From positions 81,778,001 to 81,842,000 of the forward strand of contig OX597827.1 in NCBI GenBank assembly GCA_951406725.2: a stretch of DNA of 64,000 bases, read 5' to 3'. This document shows, one piece after another, positions 22,111 through 34,939 of the stretch (the stretch's first letter is position 1; each line of letters opens with the position of its first letter). This DNA is from Octopus vulgaris (lineage: Eukaryota). The notes beneath the pieces were generated by a model that saw only the letters and a list, made by a program, of their open reading frames with translations, ran no database searches and had not been told where the DNA came from. Both the position numbers and the translations under genes were made by a program.

Positions 22111-22834
22111 TACGCTCTTCTGTAGAAAGGAATAAAAGGAAATAAAGAGAGAGAGAATGGTAAAAACTTGTGGATTTCAGCAGTTCAGCCTGGCAAAGGG
22201 ATGGAAAATATTCCCAAAATATGTACGATACACATTTATATACATTAGTACATGCATGTGTGTGTGTCTTTCATTCTCTCTCTCTTATACACTCACACAT
22301 GCATCACACATATTTTGGGAATAATGTGTATTCATAAATTATTTAGAGAATTTGTAGAAGAGAAATTGTAAATAAAATATTAGATTTGTTTCTGAAATCA
22401 GAAAAATCTTAACAAACCGTTGAAAGTAAATTGTGTTTTTGGAATATAAGGAACGAGAGATGAAATGGAGAGAAGAATAATAGCTGCTGCCTGGAGATGG
22501 TGGGTTAATGCAAAGGCAAATACCGATTCCAGAAGGAATATTAAAACATGTTGTTGTATGAGCTCTAGATTTAGAAGGTAATAGTTGAGGTGCAATTTGG
22601 CAAGGACAGATAGCAATAATTGGCAGCTACACGAAACGAGGAGGAGCTGCTTATTACAACGTTTGGCTTTTGTGACCCAACGTGATTTCTCATTCCTGTT
22701 TGTGTCTTATCTGTCAAAGACCATATTTAGATTAATTGTGTGGATTGGTGCTACAGAGGTGGGGGGTCAGGTAGCAGGGGTGGTGAGGGAGATTAATACA
22801 ATTGGGCACATATTAGTGTATGTATGGGTGTTGG

Positions 22835-22853
22835 ATGTATATATATATGTATA

Positions 22854-22908
<55 letters not shown>

Positions 22909-23095
22909 ATATGTATGTATGTATGTATATGTATGTATGTATATGTATGTATGTATATGTATGTATGTATATGTATGTATATATATATATATGTATGTAT
23001 GTATATGTATGTATATATATATATATGTATGTATGTATATGTATGTATATATATATATATGTATGTATGTATATGTATGTATATATATATATATG

Positions 23096-23138
<43 letters not shown>

Positions 23139-23330
23139 ATGTATGTATGTATATATATATGTATATATATATGTATATATATATATATGTATATGTATAT
23201 ATGTACATATGGATATGTGCGTGGATGCAGGTGTTTATACATATGTATATATATGTGTGTGTATATATGTGGATATATGGATATATGTACATGTGTGTAT
23301 ATATATGTGTGTGTGTATATATGTATAAAT
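22835..23330. repeat. Compound (TG)/(TA)/(TATG) microsatellite
   Basis: Seen directly. Confidence 0.95.
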
Positions 23331-23334
23331 ATGG

Positions 23335-23585
23335 ATCATCATCATCATCATTTAATGTCCGTATTCCATGCAAGCATGGGTTGGACAGTCTGACCAGGGT
23401 CTGGGAAGACAGGAGACTGCACCAGGCTCCAGTCTGATCTGGCAATGTTTCTACAGCTGGATGCCCTTCCTAACACCAACCACTCCGTGATTATAGTGGG
23501 TGCTTTTTACGTGCCACTGACACAGACTCCAGAGTGTGCTGGCAAGCGACCATGAGCGGTTTGTGCTTTTTACGTGCCACTGACA
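23335..23585 (-). mobile_element. RTE family 3'-end copy
   Basis: (ATC)n followed by the reverse complement of the RTE 3'UTR terminus. Confidence 0.9.
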
Positions 23586-23715
23586 ATGCATAAATATGCA
23601 TATATGTATATGTATGCATATGGATATTATATATATATATATATATATATATAATCAAAATAAGCAACAAGGATATCCAGAGGTAATGCAGGATATCCAG
23701 AAATTGTAGTTGTGA

Positions 23716-23972
23716 ATACCTGTGCCAGTGGCAGGTAAAAAGCACCAACCGATCGTGGCCACTGACAGCCTACCCTGGCACATGTGCCGGTGGCACATAA
23801 AAAGCACCTACTACACTCACGGAGTGGTTGGTGCTAAGAAGGGCATCCAACCGTAGAAACATTGCCAGATCAGACTGGAGCCTGGTGCAGCCTTCTTGCT
23901 TCCCAGACACCAGTCGAACTGTCCAACCCGTGCTAGCATGGAAAATGTACGTTAAACGATGACGATGATGAT
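23716..23972 (+). mobile_element. RTE family 3'-end copy
   Basis: GTGCCGGTGGCACATAAAAAGCACC..GGAGTGGTTGG..GCTAGCATGGAAAA..GATGATGAT. Confidence 0.9.
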
Positions 23973-23984
23973 ATATATATATAT

Positions 23985-24680
23985 AAAATAGTGTACATTT
24001 AAACACAAAGAGAAATTACCCATAACAGGCAATTTCTACACGCTAGGAGACAGTGAAAACGACTGATGACCACAGAAATTAATCAATTTCAAAGTGAATG
24101 AAAAATAAAAACTTCTACCTTGTTTTTACAGTTACACCTATAGGTTTCAGATTTTTTTAGTAAATAAAATAATTTAATTTACCAGGCAAATCCTCTTCAG
24201 TAACCAAGCCATCCAAGACTAACCTATAATTATGAGACTGACAGCATGTGTCTCATCTCTATATGTTATAATTATTTCAAAATCCACAACGCAAGCGTAG
24301 TTTCAGTCAGCAGAAAATGAAGAATGCTAAAATGAACTTTGAAAAGCTAATAACGATACTTAGATATCTATATAGGGTATTAAGTTTTTATAAATTTACT
24401 ACCAGTGGCCTAGCATGCATAAAAAGTCAATAGATGACATATTATTCAATATAAAAAATAGTGTACATTTAAACACAAAGAGAAATTACCCATGACAGGC
24501 AATTTCTACATGCTAGGAGACAGTCGAAATGACTGAAGACCACAGAACAATTTAAGCAATTTCAAAGGAAATGAAAACTAAAAACTTTTACTTTGTTTTT
24601 CCTGGTAAATTAAATTATTTTATTTTATTTACTAAAAAATCCGAAACCTATAGGTATAACCGTAAAAACAAGGTAAAAGT
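23985..24680 (-). mobile_element. Penelope pseudo-LTR-like non-coding element (direct plus inverted repeat) with a hammerhead
   Basis: ~140-bp direct repeat at 23985 and 24456. 24601-24680 is an inverted copy of 24112-24186. Hammerhead at 24130-24205 (-). Confidence 0.7.
24130..24205 (-). ncRNA. Type I hammerhead ribozyme motif, probably inactivated
   Basis: GGTTA-CTGAAGA-GGATTT..AAATCT-GAAAC-CTATAG-GTG-TAACT. The sister half-copy at 24601-24661 reads AAATCC-GAAAC-CTATAG-GTA-TAACC. Confidence 0.75.
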
Positions 24681-24947
24681 ATATATTCACACACATATAT
24701 ATATATATGTATGTATATATATATATGTGTATTTAATGAAGAGAGCAATTTTTGTGATTACATTTTGTGTGGAAGGATTTATACAAAGCTGCATATCTGT
24801 CTCTCCTCTGATGGGATTTTTCGTTTAGGAACAAAATATATTTCTTATTGTCAACCAAAGATCACACACACACACACACACATACACATACATACATACA
24901 TACATCTACATGTACATATATACATAGATACATACTTATGCACTTTC

Positions 24948-25031
<84 letters not shown>

Positions 25032-25066
25032 ATATGTATAAATAAATATATATGTATGTATGTATG

Positions 25067-25115
<49 letters not shown>

Positions 25116-25256
25116 CAACATATCAATACCTTAATGGACTTATGTATACATACGTGTGTGTGTAATTCATAAATAAAATAAATGGCCATATCTGTGTGTA
25201 TATGAATTCATTATATAGATTATCGACTCACATAAATTGTTATGTATCTATATAGG

Positions 25257-25364
<108 letters not shown>

Positions 25365-26086
25365 TGTGTGTGTCTAGAGCATGTGTATGTAGCTATATGT
25401 ATGAGAACTCTGTGTGAAAGTAGATTTACATAGGAAGATGTGTTTATACTAATATAGCCAGAAAGGTGTGTAGATTTATATAGGAAGACAAGTGTATATT
25501 ATTTATATAGGAAGATAAGTGTGTGTATGTAGAGGGGGTTGTTGCAGGTGTATATATAATTATATAAGTAGATGTGTGTGTGCGCACGCGCACACACACA
25601 CACATATATATATGGAGAGAGAGAGAGAGAGAGGTATGTGTGTGGGTGAGTAGGTATGCATATATGTGAGTGAGTGTGTGTGTGTATCTTTACAGATAGA
25701 TTTGTGTATGGACTCATGTGTGAAAAAGGGGCTGTTTATTATGATGATTGATGGGCAAGTGTATATATGTATTTATGCATATATATATTGTGTGTGTGTG
25801 TGTGTGTGTTAAAGAGAGTCTACTTCACTTGAGGAAGAAGTCTTGTGTACTTGTATATGGCTGCATCTGTGTACAGATTTGAGCATGTGTGTATTTGTGT
25901 ATACGTATATATATATGTATATAATTCTGTACACGTGTATATGTGTGTAGGTCTGCTGTGCTGAAATGGTGGAATTGCATGCTTACCATTCCTTCTGGCA
26001 CTACTAAACGCACACACACGTAGACACACATGTTCATACACACATCTACATACACCATACAGACATTTTTATACATGCACATATAT

Positions 26087-26133
<47 letters not shown>

Positions 26134-26591
26134 TACACGCACGCTGACACAATACTACCCTCAAATGTACAACATACAAAATACAGCACAACAACCATAC
26201 ATATGCATACACCCCATTATAGTGCAGCCACACCCCTGCCATGACCACCACCTCCACACACCTCAGCATACATCAAACTTGCAACACCACTGCAACAACC
26301 ACCACCATCATCATCGTCATCATGTTGCAGTAATGCTGCATATTTTATCAGCAATAAGAACAGATCATTATTCTATGAGCTGCATGCAATTACGGTGTAT
26401 ATCGCATGTGATATCTGTGGATATTCCATGCATGCTAACATAAATTGCTTCCCCTTTATTCATTGCAATAAACCTTGGCATCATTCGAGAAGATTTACTG
26501 CCAGATCAAAGTCAATGTTATTGATTTTTGCTCTACCTCTAATTTACACACACACACACACACACATCTAAATTCATATGTGCATGTTTCA

Positions 26592-26627
<36 letters not shown>

Positions 26628-27316
26628 ATACATACATACATACAAACAAACATAGACACATACATAGTTTGGCATGTACATGTACTCATATAAACAGCCT
26701 ATACATTTTCATGCATAAGCACATGTACATGCATATATATATATATACACACACACCCATTTATACATACATACATATTTGAACTCACATATGTGTATGT
26801 GTGCATGAGTGTGTGTGTGTATACACGCAAAAGTATGCAGGTATATAGGTGTATACATGCATATAGACATGCATATTTATTGCGTGTAAAAATATGTTCA
26901 TATATGCAGTGAAGTGTCTTTCATGTTTGTAAGTGTGTGTATGTGTTCATGTATGTACATATAATATGCCTGTTATGAATATATGAGTGTATCTATGTAT
27001 GTATGCGTGTGTATATATAAAATTATATATATATATACACATATACATAACTACATGTATAGCATGTATATATTAATATCTACACATGTATGTTCATGTG
27101 TGTGTATATATATGTACAAGTGTTTAAACATATATATGTGAGTGTGTGTGTGTGTGTGTGTGCATGTTTGTGCATGCACATACATATATATATATTATAT
27201 AAGTATATAAATAGATATGTAATTAAGTGTTGGAAAGGATATTATAATACATATATAACACATACGTGTCTATATGTTTGTGTGTGTGTACATGTATATA
27301 TAAATATATGTTTGTG

Positions 27317-27347
<31 letters not shown>

Positions 27348-27398
27348 TTGTGTGTGTGTATAAATGTATGTGTCTGTAGATACACACACACTTACACA

Positions 27399-27448
<50 letters not shown>

Positions 27449-27756
27449 GCCTGCATGTCTGTACTTGAATATATTACACATTTATGACGATGTGTGAGGT
27501 GGGGTTATGTAGCAATAAAGAAAATACCAAAAATCAGAGAAAATTATTAAGGTACGCACACATGCGCACAAATGCATAGACATGCACAATAGGCTGTGTG
27601 TGTGTGTGTGTGTGTGTGTGTGCATTTCTTTCTAGATTGTTGTTGTTGAGGATTACAACACACAAGGGAGATTTGCTTCAAGATTAGAGATCAGTGGAGG
27701 GTAAAATTAATCAAGCAGTGTTGAAAGTGAAAGTAGGCACCAGCTAAAGGAGGTAC

Positions 27757-28150
27757 AGCATCACCATCCTCATCATCATCACCATCCTCATCATCATCAC
27801 CATCCTCATCAACACCATCATCGACTGCATTATCCCCATTGTCATCACAACGACCACCACCACCACTATCATCATCATGACCATCATCACTGCCATCATC
27901 ATCACCATCCTCATCATCGTCACCATCCTCATCATCACCATCATCGACTGCATTATCCCCATTGTCATCACAACGACCACCACCACCACTATCATCATCA
28001 TGACCATCATCGCCGCCATCATCATCATCATCCACAATCATCACGATCATCATCATCTTCGACACCACCATCATCATCAACAACTTGTTAATTTCATCAT
28101 CATCATAATCATTATCATCAATGCCATCAGCACTACCACCACCACCAGCA
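27757..28150. repeat. (CAT/CAC)n-rich tract containing a 123-bp tandem duplication
   Basis: CATCGACTGCATTATCCCCATTGTCATCACAACGACC.. occurs twice, ~123 bp apart. Confidence 0.9.
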
Positions 28151-29910
28151 CTGCTATTGCTGATCACTTAAAGATAATTTGTTACCCTCATGTTTCACCT
28201 CACCTTCCCCCTCACCTCCTACCTTCCATCTCTCAAATCATCTCTATCAGTCCTTTCCATCAATGATTGTCATTTCTTCAGAAGCCACTCACAATGGTGG
28301 TGGTGATGGTGTGGTTGTTGTTGATGTAGTTATTATGACATATTATCTCTGGGGTTTTAAAGGAGTGTTTCTCACATATACACCTTGGAAACTCCCAGTT
28401 ATCACTGTGTGCATGTGTGTGTGTGTGTGTGTGTGCACGCGCGCTCGAATGTGTGTGTGTACTAAGTGATGTGTGGAGTTTATGGTATAACATTTATTCC
28501 ATGGTTTACAATTGTTTCATCAACCTGCAGGTGACCAATCACACATCATATCTTTAGGCATTGATGATTATAATGATTTAGTCATGCATTTTATATAAGG
28601 TATATATTTAAAAAAGATTTTGCAAAAACACAGTCGCAATATTTGAAGCAAGATTTTCTTTCACTAAAATCATTAATTATTTAAAAAAATGATTAATCAT
28701 AATATAATATCTTAAAAATAACAGAATGACATGAAATTTTGGGGAAGAAATTTTTTATATTGTAAGTGTTTCAACAGTTTACCGTTTTTCAGAGACGTTA
28801 TTGGGTTCTCCATTTAGAAGAAGTTGTTTTCAGTAGTTGCACTGCCTATTTTTGCTTTAGTTTCAGATTTTGAATTCTATAAAATGTTCTTTCTTATTTT
28901 TTGCCTTTCATAACTTATCATTTTCTTTTATTTTGGTAAAAAGGTAATATCTTGAATTTTCCATTTGCACAAATATCTAAATGTTCACTACATGGAACAT
29001 TTCTTACAGAAATATCTTTGATTTGTTGTTTTTGTACTTTAACACGATTAATTTTTGATCCTATTCGGCTGATGTAATTCACATTGCATTGTGGGTATGT
29101 GATGCAGCAAATGAGATTTTTTTTGTTTAGCAATTCATATTTGCATTCACTTTCAATTTCTTCTCACTCTCAAATCTTTTTGTTGTTCAATTATTTCACA
29201 ACTACAATGGTCTCCATAGTTTGTTCCTTGCCTTATTCCTTTCTCTCTTGTGAATTTCCCCTTTGTCAGAAATTTTTTTCAGATTTGCTGGTTGTCTTCA
29301 TCTGTTGATAATTTGTGATTCTTTAATTATTTTTCTGAGATTTCAGGATTGGTATAGATTTAAAAGGTATCATTTAGCCAAATGTATGATGTTATAATTT
29401 CTAGTATTATAGGTAACTACAAATAGAATATTTATGATTGGGTTTTTTCCCTTTGCCTTCATTAGAAGTGTTTTTCCATAAGACAAATATTGGACTCCCT
29501 TTTGCTTTAGTTTTAACTCAATTCTTTCTTTGTTTTTGTGGGAGATATTTTTGTTTCTGTAGGAACACATTTTATTTTACCTGTTATTTTCTTACGTCGA
29601 TTTGAGTCTATAGTTGTCAAGAATCTTGCTATATTGAAGGGGATGTTCTTGTTAATGTGTGATGGGTGACAAAACTTAAAATCTAAATAATGGTGTGTGT
29701 CTGTATTCTCGCAGTAGAGATCAGTTGTAACTGTCTTATTTTCTTTATCAGAATGTCTAAAAAAAGGGAAACTCCCTTTCATTTATTTCAATAAAGAAGT
29801 AGATTGATTCATAGATGCTATTTATTAATTTAATGAATTTTGTGAAGTCTTCTTTACCTCTGTTCAAAGAAGTGATGCAGTCGTCCAGAAATATTTGCAA
29901 GTCCAGAAAT

Positions 29911-30140
29911 AAGGCGGCAAGCTGGCAGAAATGTTAGCACGCCAGGCGAAATGCTTAGCGGTATTTTGCCTGCCATTATGTTCTGAGGTCAAATTCCGCT
30001 GAGGTCGACTTTGCCTTTCATCCTTTCGGGGTTGATAAATTAAGTACCAGTTACGCACTGAGGTAGATGTAATTGACTTAATCCCTTTGTCCTTATTTGT
30101 CCCCTCTATGTTTAGCACCCTGTGGGCAATAAAGAAATAA
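29911..30140 (+). mobile_element. SINE family B, full length, with 14-bp TSD
   Basis: A-box TGGCAGAAATGTT and B-box GGTCAAATTCC. AGAAATATTTGCAA at 29887-29900 and 30140-30153. Confidence 0.92.
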
Positions 30141-30623
30141 GAAATATTTGCAAATTTAAACAAGATTAGAAATACTGATTAGGAGTGATTCAAGAAAAGA
30201 CAGATTTTCGTTTTCAAGGAAACACATCTCTAGTTTTACAAAAGTTGGTGCAATTTTCGTCCCCATTGCTGTGTCTTGTATTTGAAGGTAATATTGGTTC
30301 CCAAAAAAGTAATTGTTATCTAACACCAATCAGAAACCTTGAAGTGTAAATTCTTTTGGAAATCTCCCCTGAAAGCTGAATGGGTATTTTTCTATCTAGA
30401 CTCCTATTGCTTCTCATATTAATCCATTGGGTATATTTGTTATGTCCAAACTAACCCAGGTCATCTCTATACTCACTCTTTCTGAGACATGGTTTAGGAA
30501 GTTCATGCCATCCCTGATGAAACTGGGAACCAATTTGCACAAAGCTTTTAAAATTAAGTCAAGTAAATTGCTTGGTCATTGGGTGCTTGATGTTGGTCTT
30601 GCAACGATTGGATATAATTTTAA

Positions 30624-30843
30624 CCCTTTAGCATTTAAACCGGCCATATCTGGTCCAAATTTTCTACTTCTTTTATATTCAAACCATCCAGATCTGGCCT
30701 CTCACTCATATCCTACAATGTCATCCTCAAAATAAACCATCACATCATCAAATTCTCAGAGCTACAAGATAATGCAGGATTAATTCAAAACGATGTGAAT
30801 GAAAAAGCATTAGATTTGACAGAGTAATCTGGACACTAAAGGG
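30624..30843. mobile_element. piggyBac-like MITE inside the Penelope element
   Basis: TTAA|CCCTTTAG ... CTAAAGGG|TTAA. Confidence 0.88.
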
Positions 30844-31090
30844 TTAAACCAGACTGTTTGGGAATCATTAAATATGTTGCATTGAGATCCTATGAGCTGT
30901 CATTGATATCTTTAGATTTACAAATTTTTGGTAGTCCATAATAGTTGCTAGCTTTTACCTCAAAATAAGTTAATTAACTTTTTTCCCAATTGTTTTGAAT
31001 TTGTTGATTTTTCAATTTTGTTCATTGTTTGTTTATCTGCATTGATTTCTGATTTTTGTCGAAATGGTTTTGTATGAAAATAAATGTGCG

Positions 31091-31152
<62 letters not shown>

Positions 31153-31975
31153 TGTGTGTGTGTGTGTGTTTGTGTGTGTGTATACCACCTCACAAAAGGT
31201 GTAACTTAGATGGGAACAGTTGCACCATCAATAATAACAACCACTTGGAGTGTATCTCTGGCTAAAGTGGTGTGCTATCACTTAAGGTCTTCTTTGATTA
31301 ATGATGGCTGAAACTTCTTGAAATCATAGATGCCAAACATTTCATAGTGGCATTGATGGGGTGGGGATAGGGGCTATGATACAATAAATTGGTTCCACTT
31401 GTACAGCTTCAGGGGTGTTGAAGGTGTACCAGAGGTAAGAGCAGTTGTAATTCTCTCGTCCCTTGCATAGATGTGTGCCCTCTTCTGGTACCCTGTCTTG
31501 GCAATCAATATCTGCAATGGATAAACACGATCCTTTTAGGGTTTGTCTTCTCTTTCTCTTTTCTTCTACGTTTCTTACACATCTTTTTAGATTTTGACCA
31601 TTTGCTCCGTCCTTGTCCAGTCTGATGGACAGACTAACAACACAGACATGCACATGCACATGCGATAGGGGTGAACAGTGAGGATGAGTGCTCAACGCTG
31701 TATTTGGTGGATAAAAATATTCTTTATTTGAAGGATTAACGTTACTACCCATCTTTCATACAGAAAATTCCACAAATATTCTAGCATTCCACTTAAAAAT
31801 GTTGATAACCAGTCTCCATGTTCGATTAAAATATATGAGATAACATGAGGTTTTATGGGATCTCAAAAATACTGTTGGGGTTTCCAAATATTGGTAGAAA
31901 TTGGTAAAATATTCATGGATTCTGTGTTCATCATGGTTTAATTGCACTGCATGTATATATATTCCCTTGTACCAT

Positions 31976-32328
31976 TATTCTTTTATTCTTTTACTTGCTT
32001 CAGTCATTTGACTGTGGCCATGCTGGAGCACTGCTTTTAGTTGAACAAATTGACCTCCAGAACTTAATCTTTGTAAGCCTGGTACTTATTCTATCGGTCT
32101 CTTTTGTCGAACCGCTAAGTTATGGTTACGTAAACACACCGGCATCGGTTGTCAAGCGATGTTGGGGGACACACATATACGACGGACTTCTTTCAGTTTC
32201 CGTCTACCAAATCCACTCACAAGGCTTTGGTTGGCCCAAGGCTATAGTATAAGATACTTGCCCAAGGTGCCACACAGATCGTGTGGTTGGAAAGCAAGCT
32301 ACTTACCACACAGCCACTCCAGCACCTA
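31976..32328 (-). mobile_element. SINE family A
   Basis: Reverse complement of the family A head, body and tail. Confidence 0.9.
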
Positions 32329-32639
32329 TATAAACGTATGCTCCATTTGTCAGATGACTGTGCTTTAGTGCATGTCTGTGCATGTGTCTACTGATTGTTT
32401 TATGTGGTTTACAAAGGTTTCTAACCTTTATAAGTTGGTGAAGTTGCAAGATCAGAAAAAAATATTTAAGTCATATGATGTCTTGTATATGTTTTATATG
32501 TGTGTGCACAGCTTAAACTACTAGCATTAGTTACCAAGATGGTATGAAGAGATGATATTTATTATGTATATTATGCATAATATATATATATGTTAGCCCC
32601 ATAATGTAAATTTTTTTCTGGCTTGATAGGTAGTGCGGT

Positions 32640-33240
32640 TGACAGGGTGTCAAGCTTGAAATTGCAGTTTAAGTAGTCAATTGTGTAATCCAGAGACAAA
32701 AGTTTCTTCACTAATATTCAAAATGTTGCTGGTGAAAAATTATGATGTTTAATTCTTCTGAAACACAGGTATTGCATCTGGTGCCTTGACCCTTATATTT
32801 GCTAGCCTTAGCTTTGATGCTCCACTTTATTTGGTGGCTGGTTCATATTATCATCTTTAAGGTTCCATACCATATTATACAGAGATATCTTTGATGTTAA
32901 ATTACATAGTTAGGCTCTTTTGCTTCATCATTGATTAAATAATACGTCTAGAGGTAGATTTTTATATATGTTTGTTGTATTATCGATTAGCAATTTATTG
33001 TGTGTGCAGTTATCTATCTCATAATGAATCTTTGTTTTATATGCTTTTACAAATGTGTTTGGAGGGTTTTTAATAGGGTCAAGAAATTGATGTAATTTAT
33101 GTTGGAACATTTTAAACTAATTTTATAAAATCATCTCCAAGTCAGTCTCGATTTTTAATCTATGGTGGGATTTACAAGGTTTAAAACCAGTTTGAAATCA
33201 CACCATAATATCTTTTGAAATATAAGTAATAAACTAGATA
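32640..33240 (-). mobile_element. Possible highly decayed Penelope-like RT N-terminal region
   Basis: GFKPCK..ETDL..FQHKL..I....FVKA.KT..Y..D...NKLL.DN.T..YK pattern resembles PLE ORFs. Many disruptions. Confidence 0.45.
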
Positions 33241-33254
33241 TTGTAACCCTAGAT

Positions 33255-33473
33255 CAGTGCTTTTCAAACTTTTTGCTGGAGCGGAACCCCAAGGAAACAT
33301 TCCACTGGCTTGAGGAACCCCTGTGCAATAATTTAATTGTCTTATGCACACATATCTGCACAGGAGAATTAAAAATTACTGTCGATTTTAGCAGTTTTGT
33401 AACTTCTTGCGGAACCCCTGGACTGTACTGGCGGAACCCTAAGGTTCCGCGGAACCCTGGTTGAAAACCACTG
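33255..33473. mobile_element. hAT (Charlie-like) MITE
   Basis: TIRs CAGTGCTTTTCAA / TTGAAAACCACTG, perfect 8-bp TSD CCCTAGAT and five GGAACCC subterminal motifs. Confidence 0.93.
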
Positions 33474-33957
33474 CCCTAGATACATTTATGTCTGAAAAAG
33501 TAAGATAGGTATAGCTTGCAATCTTTGATTATAGGTATGTTGGAGCTGGGTTAACCCTGGGCTAGACAACAACAATAGCAACATCAACAACCACAAAACA
33601 TTTTTAATCTGAAAACTTCCCTATTTGTCTCCAAACACTAGAATTTATTTTGATCTTCGTGTTTTATCGATTTTATCAAACATTGGCACAAATTCCAAGA
33701 CCACAAATTTAGGGAGATGGAGTGTTGGGGAGTTAAAATAAATTAAACAGATTGCTTATTAGTTATTTTATCAAAGATGGAGGGTAAAAATTGACCTTCT
33801 CACTCCCTGCCCTGGGGGATTTCTCTTCAGAATATTGTTATATTGCACAAGTCTTTCAGCCCGTTGCTCCACCAATTCTTTATCTCAGTTGCCTTCCTGT
33901 AATATTTATTTTTAACAATTCCACACATTTGAAGTGGGAAACATTGTTAGTTAATTT

Positions 33958-34107
33958 ACATTATTTACATTTGCCGGATATTTGTCCTCATCTTGTTTGT
34001 TGTTAACTCAATGTTTTGGCTGAAAACCCCTCCAACCTTCATCAGGTGTCTTGGGGAAATTTCAAACCTGGGTTCTCATTCCTAAGGGATACGTCAAATG
34101 TAAATAC
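33958..34107 (-). mobile_element. Small Penelope pseudo-LTR-like element with inverted termini and a hammerhead relic
   Basis: TATTTACATTTG..CAAATGTAAATA termini. Minus strand reads CTGATGA-AGGTTG..CAGCC-AAAAC. Related copy at 45471-45666. Confidence 0.65.
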
Positions 34108-34361
34108 AATTAAATCAAACTCCAAAACTTAATATATTTTTTTCTGGTCCCAGATGAATTTCAGGCAACATTGGCCCCTCTTTGGGGTTAAACTCAGTAT
34201 GTAGATGTCCATCATAAATATCACAAGACATTCTCTCTGATGCTCTCTCTGTTCTTCTAGTCCATAGTTCTCTTCAAATTATTGACAATTCTGTCTCTCA
34301 ATATTAGGGCATTATTATTATTATCATCATCATCATCATCATTATTATTATTATTATTATT

Positions 34362-34550
34362 ATGAACCAACTTCACGGCAGGAGGTGCAGATGAGGGCAG
34401 CTGCATCGAACTCTCTCATGCACCAAATGGCAATTGCTAAAAAGCATTTGTGAAGTAAAATCATGTAGCAACACCGAATGGCGGTGCCCCAGCATGGCCA
34501 CAGCTTGTGAGCTGAAACTAGATAAAATAAACTAAAAAAATAAAAAAAAA
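34362..34550 (+). mobile_element. LINE 3' end (ORF2 C-terminus plus 3'UTR) sharing its tail with SINE family A
   Basis: EPTSRQEVQMRAAASNSLMHQMAIAKKHL* followed by GGCGGTGCCCCAGCATGGCCACAGC..GCTGAAAC and an A-rich tail. Confidence 0.7.
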
Positions 34551-34939
34551 CATTTGATAGTTCCAGGCAAATTTCCACTGCATCACCTGCGACTCCTCTC
34601 TGTTGCTGGGCTGTGTACAGCATTGTGTGTTTGTGTGTGTAATGTGAGTTGTGCTCTTCTGTTGGGTGTCCAACCATTTGAGTACTTGTTGAGGTGGTTG
34701 TTTATTTTATAGATTGGGCCTTTTGTTTGTTGGTTGTTTTATTTGGGTTGTACTGTTAAACTGATAGTGTCATGCCTAGGATGTGGGCCATTTTTGGGAC
34801 AGTGTGTAGTGTTGCAGGTTCTTCCTTTATTTAAGAGAGTAGGGTTTAGTTTGAAAGTTATTTAGTTATTTCTAGCAGGCTAAATGACTTTATAAAAGGC
34901 TCATCCTAAGTGAAATCCCTTTTGTTGGCATTTGTCTTT

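Larger units (their letters stand above)
28755..31080 (-). mobile_element. Decayed Penelope-like retroelement (RT plus GIY-YIG endonuclease)
   Basis: Minus strand: FEVKASNYYGLPKI (~30930-30970), NQYYLQIQDTAMGTKIAPT (~30240-30300), TTDLY..TDTHHYLDF..CHPSHI.KNIPFNIAR (29513-29782), and NLICCIT.PQC..NYI..IG..RVK..KQQIKD..SEH.D.C (28918-29133). A degenerate hammerhead follows the ORF. Interrupted by a SINE and a MITE. Confidence 0.88.

Noticed and set aside
22585-23445. Long ORFs (up to 247 aa) of Y/I/C/V/M/H/T repeats, and dozens like them elsewhere
   Set aside because: They are translations of TA/TG/TATG microsatellites that lack stops and carry no coding signal.
24050-24090. Plus-strand CTGATGA-CCACA-GAAA as another hammerhead
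   Set aside because: There is no stem II, and GAAA is not conserved in the duplicate at ~24530.
27691-28167. 158-aa Asp/Gly-rich ORF resembling an acidic matrix protein
   Set aside because: It is a (GAT/GGT)n tract with a 123-bp duplication, open in several frames, with no signal peptide or splice evidence.
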